Counted from the first letter of the stretch, positions 25,195 to 38,800 are shown. The stretch: DNA of 64,000 nt from Scenedesmus sp. PABB004 (GCA_014905635.1 JABVCE010000025.1:310001-374000), one strand, 5' to 3'. A program made the numbers and translations. Notes: generated from the letters alone by a model not told the origin.

Positions 25195-25796
25195 ATGGTC
25201 TATATCGAGGACTTCGCCTCCTTCTACGCCCAGGCGGAGCAGCTGGCGCTGGCCCGGCCGCTGCAGACGCGGTACGTGGTCAAGTACAGCCACAAGCACG
25301 GCAAGCTGGTGCTCAAAGTCACGGATGATGTGCAGGTCCGCGCCCCGCCGCGCCCCGGGCGCCCGGGCGGGCCCGGCGTCGCGCCTTCACCGCCGGGGGC
25401 GAGCGCTACAGCCTGAGCCTGCGCTGGCGGCCCCAGCGCTGGCCCCGCGCGCGCGCGCGCGCCGACCGGCCGCCGCTGCCGCCGCTGCTGCCCGCGCGCA
25501 GTGCCTCAAGTTCAAAACGGACCAGCAGGTGGACGTGAAGAAGATGGAGCGCCTGAACAGCCTCTTCTTCGTGCTGACGGCGCGGGGCGAGCACCCGACG
25601 GGTGCGGCGCGCGGCGCGCGCCGCGGTGGCGGCGGCGCGAGCATGCTGCGCTCCGCGCGCGGATCCGCGGCTCGCAGTCGCTCACGCGGCGCACGCGCGC
25701 GCCGTCGCAGACGAGGAGCTGCAGGCCACCGCGGAGCAGCTGGGCACGCAGTCGATAGCAGCAGCGGGCAGCAGCAAGGGGCGCGGCGGCGCCGCT

Positions 25797-25827
<31 letters not shown>

Positions 25828-25847
25828 AGAACCGGCGAAAGGGCTGA
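25195..25847 (+). CDS. SRP9: Signal recognition particle 9 kDa subunit
   Basis: MVYIEDFASFYAQAEQL..PLQTRYVVKYSHKHGKLVLKVTDD/CLKFKTDQQVDVKKMERLN; two introns. Confidence 0.95.
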
Positions 25848-26171
25848 TCGCCTGCGGGAGGGCCGTCGGACAGCGCGCAGGCGCGCGCTGGTGGTGTGTT
25901 GGCGGCAGCGGAGCGCCGCTGCGGGGCTTGTGCGGGCGGGCGGTTGGGGCCTCGGGGACGCTGGCGGTTGCAACCGCGCAACGCGTGACGCGCAGCCGGT
26001 CCTTCCGTGCAGGGCTGCCGCCGCGCCGCCCCGCCACATGCAATGCGTCCCACGAAATGGAGCTGAACAACTGAACCCGAGGGCGAACCCGACGCCCACC
26101 AACCGAAGCGCGCTCGTTCCTTTCGCCGCCCGCCCCCGCCGCGCCCGCCCACGCCCGGCCGCGCGCCGAGC

Positions 26172-27330
26172 TCACTCCGTGCTCGCCGCCGCCGCGACGC
26201 GGCGGCGCGTGGCGGGGCCCGCGGGCGTGAGCTCCGCCTCGGCCGGCTCGGTCGAGTTGTCCTCGGCCTTGGCCTTGCCGCCGCCGCGGCCCTTCATGAA
26301 GCCCGGCAGGCTGCTCGTCAGGTCTGCACGCGGCGGGGCGGCCGGGCGCGCGCGTGGGCGCCGCGCCCAGCCGACGCGTCGCCGCCGCCCCGGCAGCCGC
26401 CGCCCCGGCCAGCCGGTCGCCCCGGCCGCCTGCGGCCGCCCGCGGCCGCGCCGGCCGCGCTCACTCGACATCTTGGGCAGCTTGCTGGCCGCCGGCTCGG
26501 GCGGCGGCACGCCGCGCAGCTCATCGAGCTCCGCCTGCACCGCGTCGAGGCGGTCGTGGATGCGCATCGCGTGCCCCACCTGGGCGTACAGCACCGTCAG
26601 CAGGCTGCGCGGCGCGGGCAGAGGCGGGGCGGCGGGCGCGGCGGGCGCGGCGGCGTCGGCGGGCCGGCGGGCCGGCGCGGCTGCGCGGCGGCGCTGACGG
26701 CGCAGGCCGGCGCGCTGCGCGGCAGGCGCTGGGGCCGGCGCTGCGGCCGGCGCTGCGCCGGCGCGCACCACCAGAGCGTGAAGGCCATGGCCGCGATCCA
26801 AAAGTTGCGCTCCTCGCGCCACTTCTTGGCGAGCACGGTGAGGCGCTGGTTGGGTGAGAGCTCCCGGTCCAGCGCGTCCTGCGCGCTCTTGAAGGTGCGG
26901 AAGCCGGAGTCTGGCGGCGCGCGGGAGCGGCGCGACGGCGGCGGTCGGTCGGGCGGTCGGCGGGGCGCGGGGCGTGTGGGCGGCGCGCCCCGCGCGGCCC
27001 GCGCGCGCGGGCTCACCGAACAGCGGCACGCCGGAGAGCACCAGCGCGAGGTGGACGAACTTCATGCCCCCGACTGCGGCGGGCGCGGCGCGGCGGTTGG
27101 CGGCAGCGCTCGCGCGCCGCTGCCGCCGCGCGATCGCCCGCGCGCGCGCACGCGATCGCCCGCCGGCGGCGGCACTCACGGACGGAGAAGTTGAGGACCT
27201 TCTGCGTGAACAGCAGGATGCCCTTGCGCACGTTGCGCGGGAACGGCAGCACGAGCAGGAAGGTGAGCAGCATCGGCGGCGGCAGCAGGAAGTTCACCAG
27301 CACCCGCCAGCCCGTGAATGAGGAGCTCAT
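26172..27330 (-). CDS. BAP29/BAP31-family ER membrane protein
   Basis: Three hydrophobic segments (LLTFLLVLPFP; FVHLALVLSGVPLF; FWIAAMAFTLW), the motif KKWREERNFWI (Bap31 QRNxY-like) and a short coiled coil; multi-exon. Confidence 0.7.
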
Positions 27331-27660
27331 GGTGCTGCTCTGTCCTGGGCGCGATCAGCGGCGCGTCGAGCAGCACCGAGGCGACTGCTGCCGCAGGTGA
27401 TGGTGCTGTTCGTCACCGCGGCCCTCGCAGCAGCGACGTGCCCCCGGGATCGCGGTGGAGCGAACGTGGGACGCGGCAGCTCGAGTGGGACCGCGAGCGG
27501 GCGCGTGGGCGCTGCGGTTCGGGCGGACTCGCGGCCGGCAAGCTGCCACGGGCTGCTGCCGCACGCAGAAAGCAGCCGCCCGCCCAGGGCCAGACCAACG
27601 CGTTTGCTGCAGTGCCTGCAACCACCTGCGCGCCCACGCTGGGCCCGCACGCGCAGCGGC

Positions 27661-28800
27661 ATGGAGCAGCAGCAGCGGCAGCAGCGGCCCGGCGCCGCGC
27701 GCAGCGGCATGGAGCAGCAGCAGCGGCAGCAGCGGCCCGGCGCCGCGCTGGCGCCGCCGCCGGCCGCCGCGGCCGCCGCGGCGCCCGAGCCGCCGGGCGC
27801 TGACGCGCTGGCGCTGGTGCTGTCGCTGTGCGAGCCCGCCGCGCTGGGGCGCTGCCGCGCGGTCTGCCGCGCCTGGCGCGCCGCCGCGAGCGAGCGGGAC
27901 GTCCGCCGCGCGGCCTTCCTGCGCCACTGGGGCCTCGCCGGCTGCACCGGGCAGCCCCGCCAGCCGGCGTTCTACGAGACGGCGGCGCCGCACAGCTTTG
28001 CGCGCGCGCACGCCGTGGCGCGGGGGGACAGCCTCGCCGCGCTCGCCGTCCGCTCTGGGCAGGACGTGCACTCGATCAAGCGGGCCAACAACCTCATGTC
28101 GGACCACTCCCTCCACTCGCGCACCCACATTTTCATCCCAGGCGCGTCGCGCAGCAGCGGGCTCAGGCGGCGCGGCGACGCCGGCGCGACGGCGCCGCAC
28201 CGCCGCCGCCGCCGCCGCTCGCAGTCACGGGGCGCGAGCAGCTGCAAGACCAGGTGGTGAGCTTCGCGTGGTGCCCCCTCTCCAAGCGCGAGTTCGCGGT
28301 CCTCCCGAGCGGCGCCGCCACCCCCGCCGCCGCCGGCGCCGCCGCCACGCCGGCGAGCGCGCACCACGCGCCGGCGCCGGCGGGCGAGGGCGGCGCCGCG
28401 TTCAAGGTCGGCGCGCTGCGCGGGCGCCGCCGCCGCCGCTGCCGCCGCGCACGGCGGGGCGAGCCGGCGGCCGCCCACGCCGCCGCGCACGCCCGCCACG
28501 CCGTGCAGCTCGAGGCGGACGCGGAGAAGCTCTGCGCGCTGCTGGGGCGCAGCCTGCGCGTGGACGCGGCGACCGCCAGCTACTACTTGCATGAGGCGGG
28601 GGGCGACGTCAAGGCGGCGATGGCAGCGGCGGGTGCGGCGTGACGCGTGACGCGGCGCGCTCCGCGCCGCGCGGCCGCTCACGCCCGCCGCGGCCGCCGC
28701 GCGCCGCGCAGCGCACGACCTCGCGTGGGAGGCCACGACCGCTGGCCCGATTCGCGCCGCGCCGGTGCAGCGCTGGATCAGGGGCGAGGCGGGGCTGTGA
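27661..28800 (+). CDS. F-box plus LysM domain protein (plant At1g55000-like) with a C-terminal UBA-like motif
   Basis: F-box-like DALALVLSLCEPAALGRCRAVCRAWR; LysM HAVARGDSLAALAVRSGQDVHSIKRANNLMSDHSL; VDAATASYYLHEAGGDVKAAM. The inferred last exon (HDLAWE...) ends at TGA 28798-28800. Confidence 0.8.
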
Positions 28801-29179
28801 GGGCCCTGCCGGGGCCCAACCGATCGGCGGCGGCGGCGGCCGCGTGTACCATCGACCCGCGAGCACCCTGCCCAGCTAGCTGGCGGCCGCGGCGGCTGTA
28901 TGATAGCGCTCCCCTGCCGCGCTAGGCGGCGGGGGCGGCTGTACCACCATTCGTTGCTCATGCCCATGCTGTGCGCGGGCCCCTCGGAGCGGCGGCTGCG
29001 TGGGGAGAGCGCCGGCTGGCGTGGGGAGCGGCGGCCGCGCGTGCGCGCGCGTGTGACGCGACTCTCTCTTACTCGGCCCGGCGCGCCCCGGTCACTGCCG
29101 CGCGCACGGCGTCGGGGCGTCGAGTCCGCGGCGCGCGCGCCGGCGCCGGCGACGCGGTCAGGCCGCGGTCAGGCCGCGG

Positions 29180-32100
29180 TCAGACCGCCTTTTGCCCGGC
29201 GCGCTTGATGTGAGACATACTGAAGAACTGCAGCGCGGCCATCGCCAGGCCCGAGGCGGCGAGGTAGCGGATCTCCTCGGACTGCGCCAGCAGCAGCGAC
29301 AGCACCGCGAGCGGGCCCAGCGCGACGAGCAGCCCCACCGGCGCGGGGCGGCGGTCCCACAGGTACCTGTCGCGGCGGCGGCGCCGTGGGCGAGCGCGCG
29401 GCCGGGGAGCAGGCGCTGGGCTGCGCGCGCGCCGCCGTGCCGCCGCGCGCACTTGCAGAACACGGCGTGCAGCGGCAGCGCGAGCAGCAGCATGGTGCCG
29501 TTGAGCGCGAGCGACGCCCAGTCGCGGTACTCGAGCGCCCAGCCGGTGACCTGCGCGGCGCGGCGTGCACGGCGCTCAGCAGCGGCCCCGCCGCCCGCCG
29601 GCGGCGCGCGCAGCTGCGCGTGGGCGTGCGCCGCGCGCGCTGGCTGCTGCGGCGCGGCCCGCGCGCCGCGGCGCGCCTGCAGCGCCGCGGCGACGGTGAG
29701 GTATCCGCTGAACGCCGCGACGGGCGGCAGGTAGCGCTGGCGCTCGCCGAGGCCGCGCAGCAGCAGCGGGTCCTGGCTGAGCAACAGCAGCAGCGGCGCG
29801 AGCATGAGCAGCGCCTCGGGCGCGCCGCCTGCACGTCACGCGGCGGGGCGGGGCGGCGCGGCGCGGGGTGTGAGCGAGGCGCGGGCGCCGCGGGCGCCGG
29901 CTGTCAACGCTCCAGGGTCTGGCCAGCAAGCAGCCCCTGGCCGTGGGCAGGCTCTGCGCCCTGGGCCCTGGGCCCTGCGCCACGCACCGGTCATGTATGC
30001 GTTGAGATAGACGGCGATCCCAAAGGCCAGCAGCGTGCACAGGTTGCCCGCGGTGGGCACCCAGCTCAGGCCCTCGCGCGCGAGCCGGCGCACCGCGAGC
30101 CCCGCGCCGCCCTCGAGCTGCATCGCGCGCCCGAGGCTGCCCAGCACCGCGCCGGGCACGACGCCGCAGAAAAAGTCAGACGGCGCGCCGCGCCCGTGCG
30201 CGTCGGCGCCGCCGGCGAGGCCTGCGCGGGCGGGGGAGCGGGCGTGGGCGGGCTGCAGACTGGGGGGCGGCGCCGCCGCGCGGCCGTCAGCCGCGACGCG
30301 CGCGCGCGCGCGCGCGACCGCACCTGGCGCGCGGCCGGCGCGGTCGGGTGCGTGCAGCGCGGCGCTCATGCGGAGCTTGAGCGCAAACGCGAGCAGCAGC
30401 GCCTGCGCGGCAAAGACGCCAAACAGGCTCGCGCGCGTCGCCTCGAGGCGCTCAGCCTCGATCTGCAGCGCCGAATCGGGGTAGAGCCGCCGGAAGCTGG
30501 GCGGGTACGCGGCGGGAGGGAGGGGGGCGCGAGGGCGGAGCGAGGGAGGTGAGGAGGGTGGCGGCGCGGCAGCGAGGCAGAGGCCCGCGCGGCGGCGGCG
30601 CGGCGCGCACCGCTGGATGTCTGGCAGCGGCATCGTCGACTGCAGGACGACCGCGCAGATGAACGCGCCCGCCCAGCCGACCGCGACGAGCGGCAGCCAC
30701 GAGGGGCTGCCGAGCAGCGGGTTCTGCAGCAGCGTCACAAACGCCACGACCGCCATCGACGTGCCGATGACAAGCAGCTGCACCGCGGCGGCGCCCGGCG
30801 CCCGGCGGTCGGCGGTGAGGGCGGCAGCAGGGCACGGCAGCGCGGCGCGGCGCGGGGGCCTGGCGGGACGCGGCGGCGCCGCCGCCGCGGCGCACCTGCA
30901 GCAGGGGCTGCCCCGGGACCACCTCCAGGGCCAGGTATTCCCCGACCAGCCAGCCCACGCCCGCGGCGACGGCGAGGCGCACGACCGGCGCGCGGCTGCC
31001 CGGCACCGCGCCGCTGAGGCCGAGCAGGCCGAGCGCGCCCGCGGCGACGAGCAGCCAGCGCGGCCAGTGCTCGCGGCGGCCGAGGCCGCTGCCCCAGACC
31101 GCCGCGTCGTCGGCGTCGTGCATCGGGACGTGCCGCTCGTCCCAGAGGCGCGGGCAGAGCGCAAACGGCAGCAGCGGGCACGCCGCGCCGCCCATGCGCG
31201 GCAGCGGCGGCTGCAGCACCGCGAGCAGCAGGCCGCAGAAGCCCAGCGCCAGCACCAGGCGCATCGCGGTCTGCGCACGACGCAGCGGCGGCGGCGGCGG
31301 CGGCGGCGCGGGCGGGGGCGCTCGGCCGCGAGCGGCGCGGCGCAGCGGTCCGCGCCGCGCGGCGTGCGCGCGCGCCTGGTTGTGCGCGTAGCACGTGGCC
31401 ACGAGCGGCATCAGCGCGGCCGCCGTCACGCCGAGCAGCGCGCCGAGCAGCAGGCCCTCGTGCGGCCGCCCCGCCGCGGCCCACTGCACGACGTCAAACA
31501 CGGCGAAGCGCGCGAGCGCCGCCGCGACCAGCGTCGCGCCCGCGTGCGCGAGGCCCTGCCACGGCCGCAGCCGCGCGCGGCGGCGGCCGTGGTCGGGCTC
31601 GTGCATGTACAGGGGCGCGCCCGCCGCGAGCAGGAGCGCCGCGGTCGGCAGCACCAGGTACGCCTCCGGCAGGACGAGCATGGAGAGCTTGGCGACGTAG
31701 AGCGTGCTCACGACCCAGTGCGCCCAGCGCGGGAGCGCCCAGATCGCGGCCAGCGCGGCGCACGCGCCGAGGCCCGCGGCGCTCGTCGCGAGCACGAGCC
31801 AGGGCGGGTACATGACCTCCGCGCCGCCGGCGTCCTCGTGGTGGTGCGCGCCGTACAGCTGCTCCTCGAGCACCGCCAGCAGCTCCGCCTGGGTGAGCAT
31901 GAGCACGCCGACGAGCTGGCGCCCGGCGCACGCGAGCACGAGGCCGGGCACGAGCAGCGCGGGCGCGAGCGCGGCGAGCGCGAGCTTGCAGAGCGTGTGG
32001 AGGTGGAGGAAGCCGACGCGGAGGTCGAGGAACCAGAAGTGCGCGGTCACGAGCCAGCCCGCGGTCAGCATCGCGCCCGCGACAAAGACGCCGTACTCGG

Positions 32101-33678
32101 TCAGCGCGCGGGAGTCGTAGTAGAGGGCCAGCCCCGCCGCCGCGACCATGGGCGCGGGGAGCCAGTGGAAGGGCACGCCGACCGCGAGGCTGCCGGCGGT
32201 GGTGCAGAGCAGCAGGCACGCGCCCGCGAGCGTCGAGTCGAGCGACGTCCCCAGCGCGCCCGTCGCGTGCGCGAGGCCGAGCAGGAGCAGGCCGAGCAGG
32301 ATGCCAGTGACCGCGGCGTAGCTCCAGGGCGGCGGGAGCTTGATGTAGGGCACGAAGGCGTGGAACACGACGCGCCCCTCAAAGCCTGCGCGGCGCGGCC
32401 GGCGCGGCCGACGCGGCCGAGGCGGCGGCGGAGGTTGGCGCGCGCGCATGGGCGGACGCGAGGGGGCGGAGAGCGGGGCGGGGGCGCGGCGCACGCCGCG
32501 CGCGGCGCGCGGCCCGGCGCCGGGGCGCGCCGCGCGGGCGCGGGCGCACCCGCGAGCAGGCCGAACGCGGCGAGCACGAGCAGCAGGCGCGATACGCCGC
32601 GGATGTGGCGCCGCGACATCGGCAGCCACCAGAGCCCGTCGGGCGCGGCCGCGAGGTACGCGAGCGGGCCGCAGCCCAGGATGAGCAGGCTCCAGAGGTG
32701 CAGCCAGCGGCGCAGCACGGCGGCGTGGATCGCGACGTACGAGACCCCCGGCAGCGTCACGACCGCGAGCGACAGCCAGAACGCGTCCACCTTGCTCTGC
32801 GGCGCAGCACGGCGGCCGGCGGCGGCGGGTCAGCGCGCGGCGGCGCCGCGAGGGACCCGGGCCGCCGCTGGCTGCTGGCCGCGGGCGGGCCGCGGGCCGC
32901 CCTGCGCCGCGGCGCGCCGCGCCGCGCCTGCACGACCGCGTCGGGCGGCGGCGGCGCGCCGCCGCCGCCGCCGATCGCGCGGCCGGCCTTGGCCGCGTGG
33001 AAGCTGCTCTCGAGGGGGCGGCCGAGCAGGTGGTAGGCGCCGCACAGCGCGGCGGAAAGGTAGTAGGGCACGTCGCTGAGCTCGGTCAGCGCGGCGATGC
33101 CGACGGCGTGCATGCCCGCCGCGACGGGCAGCGCCGCGGTGAGCACGAGGCGCTCAAAGGCGAGCACCACGGCGGGGTACTGCATCTGGATGAAGCGGAA
33201 CTGCAGCGTGAGCCACATGCCAGCGAGCGACAGCAGCGCGCCGCTCAGCAGCACGACGAGCAGCGTCAGCGCCGGCGGGCGCGCGCCGAGGCTGAGCAGC
33301 AGGTTGAGCGTGACGCCCGCCTGCGCCAGCACGAGCGTGCCCCAGCCCTGCGCGCGGCGGCGCGGCGGTGCAGCTGCTGGGCGCCGGGCGCGGCCGAGGC
33401 CGAGGCCCGCGGCGCGCGCCGCCGCCGCCCCGGGCGCCGCCGCCGGCGGCCGGCGGCCGGCCGGCCGCGCGGCGCACCACGGTGAACGCGCCCTCGCGGT
33501 ACTGCATGGCGTCCATGATGTACCAGAGCATCGCGCCGACGGTGAACACGCCGAGCACGCCGCGCCCGCCGAGGCCCGCCGCGACGAGCAGCGCCGGCCC
33601 CAGCACCGCCGCGAGGCGGAGGTTGTACTTGAACGGCCCCGGCGAGAAGCGCACGCCCGAGCCCGCGCCCGACGACAT
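29180..33678 (-). CDS. NEF1: NO EXINE FORMATION 1-like polytopic membrane protein
   Basis: RFSPGPFKYNLRLA, WLTLQFRFIQMQYPAVVLAFERL, FEGRVVFHAF, HFWFLD, YVAKLSML, PTAGNLCTL and LAPLLLLLSQD..RQRY match my recollection of plant NEF1; many TM segments. Confidence 0.8.
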
Positions 33679-34346
33679 GGCGCCGGCGCCGGCCCGGGGA
33701 GGGGCGGGAGCGCGCTGCGGTGCGCGGCGCTACCGCCAGCCGCTCACGCGCGCGCCGCCGCGCCGCGCGCTGCAACCGCCGCGTCCGCCGGCGCCCGCCG
33801 CGCCGCCGCCGGCATGCCGGGGCGGGGCCGATCGGGAAGCTAGTCTGCCCCGCGCGGCCTGGGGCGGCGAGGCGGGCGGCGCTGGCCGCAGGAGGCTCGA
33901 GTGCTGCTGCTGCTGATGCGCCGCACGCCACGCGGCCGGCCGACGCGATCGCGCGGCGCTGGGCCCGCCTGTCGTGCGTGAGGGGTGCCTGGAGGCTGCG
34001 GGAGGTGGCGCAACGATCGCGCCGGACGGCGGGGAGGTGGTGGCCGGCGGAGCAGCGAGCGAACGCCGGGCTCGGGGGCGATTCAGGAGGGCGCCCGTGC
34101 GTGCGTGCAGGCGGCCGGCAACGTCACGGTGGGGGAGGCGCCCTTGCGGCGGCGGGCGTGGCGGCGGCGCGGCGTGTTTGCGGGAGCGACGTGACGGTGC
34201 GGCGCGGACCTCGGCTTCGCCTCCCGCGGCCGCATGGCAGCAGGCGCGGGGCCAGCACAGCTCCAGACCCCGCAGCACCCGCCGGCGGCGGCACACAGAC
34301 CCCCGCGCGAGCAGCGGCACCCGGCGGCGGCGGAGGAGCGCCCGTC

Positions 34347-35708
34347 ATGCTGCGCACCCGGGCTCGCGGTGGCGCCGGGAGGGCGCCGGCGTCCGGGGCG
34401 GGCGCCGGCCGGCAGCAGGTGCGGGCGGCGCGGCGGAGCAGCAGCGCCGCGCGCCGGCGGCGCGCCGGCGCGCGGGCGGGCGTCCGCCGGGCGCGCCGCG
34501 CCGCCCGCGCGGTGGGCCGCCGACGCGCTCTCCATCGCCGCTGCACGGCGCCCCGTACCCCGCCCAGGCTTGCGCCCGCCCGTCGCCGCTGCTGGACCGC
34601 GCCGGCGGTCGACCTGGAGCCCGGCCCAGGGCGCTCTGGGGCCGCGCCGACGCCTGGGACGCAGCCTGGGAGGCCGAGGAGGCCGCACGCCGCGCCGCGG
34701 CCGCGCAGGTGCGCAGCCGCGCAGCACTCGCCCCCGAGCGCGCGCCCGCCGCCACGCTTGCAGCGGCGCCCTCTCACCCCTCTCCCCTCCCCTCCCCCCC
34801 CTCCCCCGATCCACTCCCGCCCGCGCAGGAGCAGGCGGCGCGCGCGTCGGCCGAGGAGTCGGCCTGGCGCGCGCAGGTCGACGCGGCGCACCAGGAGCTG
34901 CTCGGCCAGCAGAAGCACCGCGCCGCGCTGCGTGCGCGCGTCTCGCAGGACGCGGCGCGCGCCAAGGCGGACGCGCTGCGCCGCATCACGCCGGTCGCAC
35001 GGGCGCGCGCGCGCGCGCGCGGCGTGGCCAGCCTCGGCCTCGACCCAGACATCCTCGCGCTGTCGGAGAAGTTTGGCCGCATGTCCAGCATCGTCGACGA
35101 GGTCACCGCCCGCATGGAGGCGCAGTACGGCCTCGACGCCGGCGCGGCGGCGGCTCGCCCCGGTGCCGGCGCCGGCGCGGCGGGCGCGCTGCGCGGCAGC
35201 GCCGGCGCCGGCCTGCAGCAGGCCGCGCAGCAGGCGCAGGTGCAGGAGCAGCAGGCGCAGCGCCTGCGGCGCCTGCTGCGGGAGCCGCTGCAGCAGGCGC
35301 AGCAGCAGGCGCAGCCGGCGCAGGAGGCGCAGCGGCCGATGCAGCCGCCGCCGCCGGCCGCGCGGCCGGGCGCGCCACGCGCCGGGGCCGGTGCGAGTCC
35401 GGGCGCCGCTGCGTGGCCAGCCAGCGGCACGTCGAGCGGCAGCTGGCGAGGGGAGCAGCAGCAGCCGGGCCCGCAGCTGCCGGCGCAGTGGCAGCCGCAA
35501 GTGCCGCTGCCGTCGCCCGGCCAGCAGCAGCCAGCGCAGGAGTGGCGGCCGCAGGCGCAGCCCGAGGAGGGCCGGCGCTGGCGGGGGCGGCCGCAGCAGC
35601 CAGGCGCGGAGCAGCCGCAGTGGCAGCAGCCTGCTGGGCGACAGTGGCAGCCGCAGCAGCCGCAGTGGCAGCCGCAGTGGCAGCCGCAGTGGCAGCCGCA
35701 GCAGCCGC

Positions 35709-35760
<52 letters not shown>

Positions 35761-35812
35761 GCAGCAGCAGCCGCAGCAGCAGCAGCCGCAGCCGTGGCCG
35801 CCGGCGAGCTGA
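34347..35812 (+). CDS. Hypothetical protein with a coiled coil and a Gln/Pro/Trp-rich C-terminus (QWQP repeats, poly-Q)
   Basis: Plausible GT-AG spliced exons and codon-like usage in 34830-35812; no family recognised. Confidence 0.5.
35711..35757. repeat. (CAG)n microsatellite encoding poly-Gln
   Basis: About 15 uninterrupted CAG units. Other microsatellites: (GA)n at about 160-180 and 7324-7342, (CCGC)n at about 9460-9510, (GGC)n at about 10605-10650. Confidence 0.95.
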
Positions 35813-35878
35813 GCGAGGGCGGCGCGGGCTGGCCGTCAGGGGGGGGGGGGGCTGGTAAGTTGCAACACGGCAGCTGCT

Positions 35879-38800
35879 CTACGCGTGCTGCGAAAGCTGC
35901 GAGATTGCCAGCCCCGCGTCGGCCTGAGCGCGTAGCAGCTCCACCCAGCACTCGCTCAGCTCGCGCGGCAGCGCCCGGCCGTCCACGCGCACCAGGCCGC
36001 GCTCGCCGGCGCGCGCGCCGCCGCAGCGCGTCGCGCCCTCGGCCGCCGGCGCCGGCCGCTTCTGGGCGGCGCCGCCGGCAGCAGCCGAGGGGGGCACGTT
36101 CTCCGCGCCCCCGGCCGCCGCTGGCACGTGTGCGCCGCCCTCCGCGTCGTCGTCGTCGTCGTCGTCGAGCTCCTGGTCGTGCAGCTGCTGCAGCGTCGCC
36201 TCCACCACGCGGCACTGCAGCGCCACGGCCTGGCTGAGCGCGTCCAGCGCCGCGAGGTGGCCCGCGGCCGCCGCGGCGCTCAGGGGGCTCGGCTCGCAGG
36301 TCACGCCCTGCGGGCGTGCGGGCAGCAGCGGCGGGGCGTCGGCGGCCGCAGTGCGGCGCCCATCGGCCGCCCACAGCCGCGCAGCAGACACGCGCGCGCA
36401 CCTGGCACGCGCCGTGGGCCACGAGCAGCAGCAGCTCCTGCAGCGCGTCCAGCTCCTGCTCGCTCCCAGCCGCCAGCTCCGCGTGCACCTCTGAGTCGCT
36501 GAACCACGTCAACCTGAGACTGGTGCCGCCGCCGCCGCCGCCGGGCGCAAGCGACGCCACCGCGCGTGCGCCGCTGCCGCCGCTCCTTTCAGCACCCAGC
36601 TGCTGCAGCGCCTCCGCCGCGGCGCCCTGCCGCCCCTGCGCCACAAAGCCTGCGCGCTGCAGCGCGCCGAGCAGGCCGCCCAGGCCGCCGCCCTGGCGCC
36701 GCAGGAGGAGCTGCCGCCCGGGCTGCTGCGCCTGTGGCGCCCCGCTGCTGCTGCCGCCGCCGTCGGGCGCTGCTGCCGCGTCGGCGTCGTGTCGCGCGTC
36801 GGCGTCCTGCGTGGGGGCCGCGTCGCCGCCGTCCTCGCTGGCCTGCGAGTCCCTGATGACCAGGCCACCCTCGTCGTCCACGGCGCTGCAGGGCGTGGGC
36901 GGGACCATATCGATGCCGCCGGCGCTCGCGGCGCTCGCGGCGGCCGGGCCCGGCCAGCTGGCGCCGCCCGCTCGCGCCCCCGCCGGCGGCGGCCGCAGGG
37001 GCGTGCGCATCGCGTCGCCGGCAGCGGGCGCCGCGACGGCACCACAGCCGCCGCTCGCCGGCAGGCCTGCGTCCGCGCTGGCGCCGAGGCGCCGCGAGAG
37101 CAGCTGCTGCAGCGGCACCGCCACGGGCGGCAGGTGCAGCAGCGCTGTGGCGGGCGCCAGCAGCTGTGAGGCTTGCACCGCGCGTGTGGCCTCGCGGGGC
37201 GTGTCCGCCGCCGCGTCCGCCTCGAGCTGCACCGCCGCCTGCCTGCTGCAGCTGGCGGCCATCACTACCGCCGCCTGCAGCTGCAGGCCGGCGGCGGCGA
37301 CCGTGCCAGCTTGTGCGGCCGCAGCGGCAGCGGCTGCGATGGCCCTGGCGACGCCGACGTACGGCGCGCCGTCGCCAGCCGCGCCGCCAGCCTGCTGGGC
37401 GCCGCGGTCGCCGCCGCCCGCCGCGCTGCTGCTGGCCGCCGCGAGCGCCAGCAGGCCGTCGCTGGCGAGCTCGGCGTGCAGCGTGAGCTCACCGGCCAGG
37501 CCGTCCCAGCGCCAGCTGCTCTGGGAGGTCACCGGCGCTGCGCCCGCGTGCCACAGCGCGAGCTCGGCGTGGCAGGGCTGCAGGAGCGGGCCCCACCAGC
37601 TGACATCGCCGCGTGCGTCGGGCAGCTGCAGCTGCAGCTGGGGCTTGACCCGCACCTCCAGCTGCAGCGCGCCGCCACGCAGGGTCGTGGCGCAGGCGAG
37701 CAGCTCGAGCGACAGGCGCACGTCGCCCGGCTGAGGGCAGGGCGCGCCGCCGCCGGCCCGCCCCGGCGCCGCCTGCAGCCGCCGCAGCGCCGCCAGCTGC
37801 TGCTGCTGCGCCGCCGCGATGCGCCTGCCCAGCTGGTAGGCCGCCACCGGCGCGGTCGGGTCGTCCGCAGCCGCGAGCGGCAGCACGAGCTGCCGCGCCG
37901 TGCTGCCCTGCACACGGTCAGCCGCCAGCTGGCAGAGCTGCTGGTGCACCGCCATGGACACGCGATGCACCTCCTGCAGGCGGCCTTGCAGCGCCGAGAG
38001 CTCCAGGCTCTCTGCGGTGGGGCGCGACGGGCGGCGGCGGAGGCGCGGCGCGTCGGTGCGGGGCGCTGCGTGGCGTGCGGCGCGGGGCTGAGCACCTCGC
38101 CCGCGCATGGCCTCACTCACCCTGCTGCCAGCGCGCCTCCAGCACTGCGTGCATGGCCTGCAGCCCGCGCAGCTCGTTCGCCGCCGCCTGCTCCAGCTGC
38201 TCCGGCTGCTCCTGCGGCTGGCCCGGCGGCGGCTGCGCCAGCAGGCCCAGCAGTGGCCCCGGCGCGCCGCAGTCGGCCGCGCCCTGTGCCGGCAGGAGAG
38301 CCATGCAGTCGAGGCCCTCCGTGTCGGGCTCGTCGCCGGCACCGCCGTCCAGCAGCACGACCGCTGCGAGCTGCAGCGCGCCGCCTGCCACCGCCGCCGC
38401 CACGGTCGCCTGCTGCGCCGGCTGCCAGGGTGCCAGCATGGCGAGGCAGGACGCCGCCGGGCTGAGCAACCCGGCAGCGCCCCGCACCGCCGCCACGGGC
38501 TGCAGGCGCTGCCCCTGCTGGGCCAGCAGCGTCACCGTCAGCGTCGCGCACGCCCCGCCGGCGGCGTGCAGCACGGCGAGCGCGTCGCGCTGCACCGCGC
38601 CACCAGCGTGCACGCGCTGCAGGTGCTCGATGGCGCGGATGGGCCCGGGCAGCCCGTCGCACGTGGCCTGCAGGTCGCAGGCCGCGCCGCCGCCGCCGCC
38701 GGCGGCGGCGGTGGCTGCGGCACTCGTGACGAGCAGCAGCTGCACGGCGCCGCCTTCGCTGCCGACCGCCACCCGCTGCCCGGCCGTGCCGTCAGAGCAG

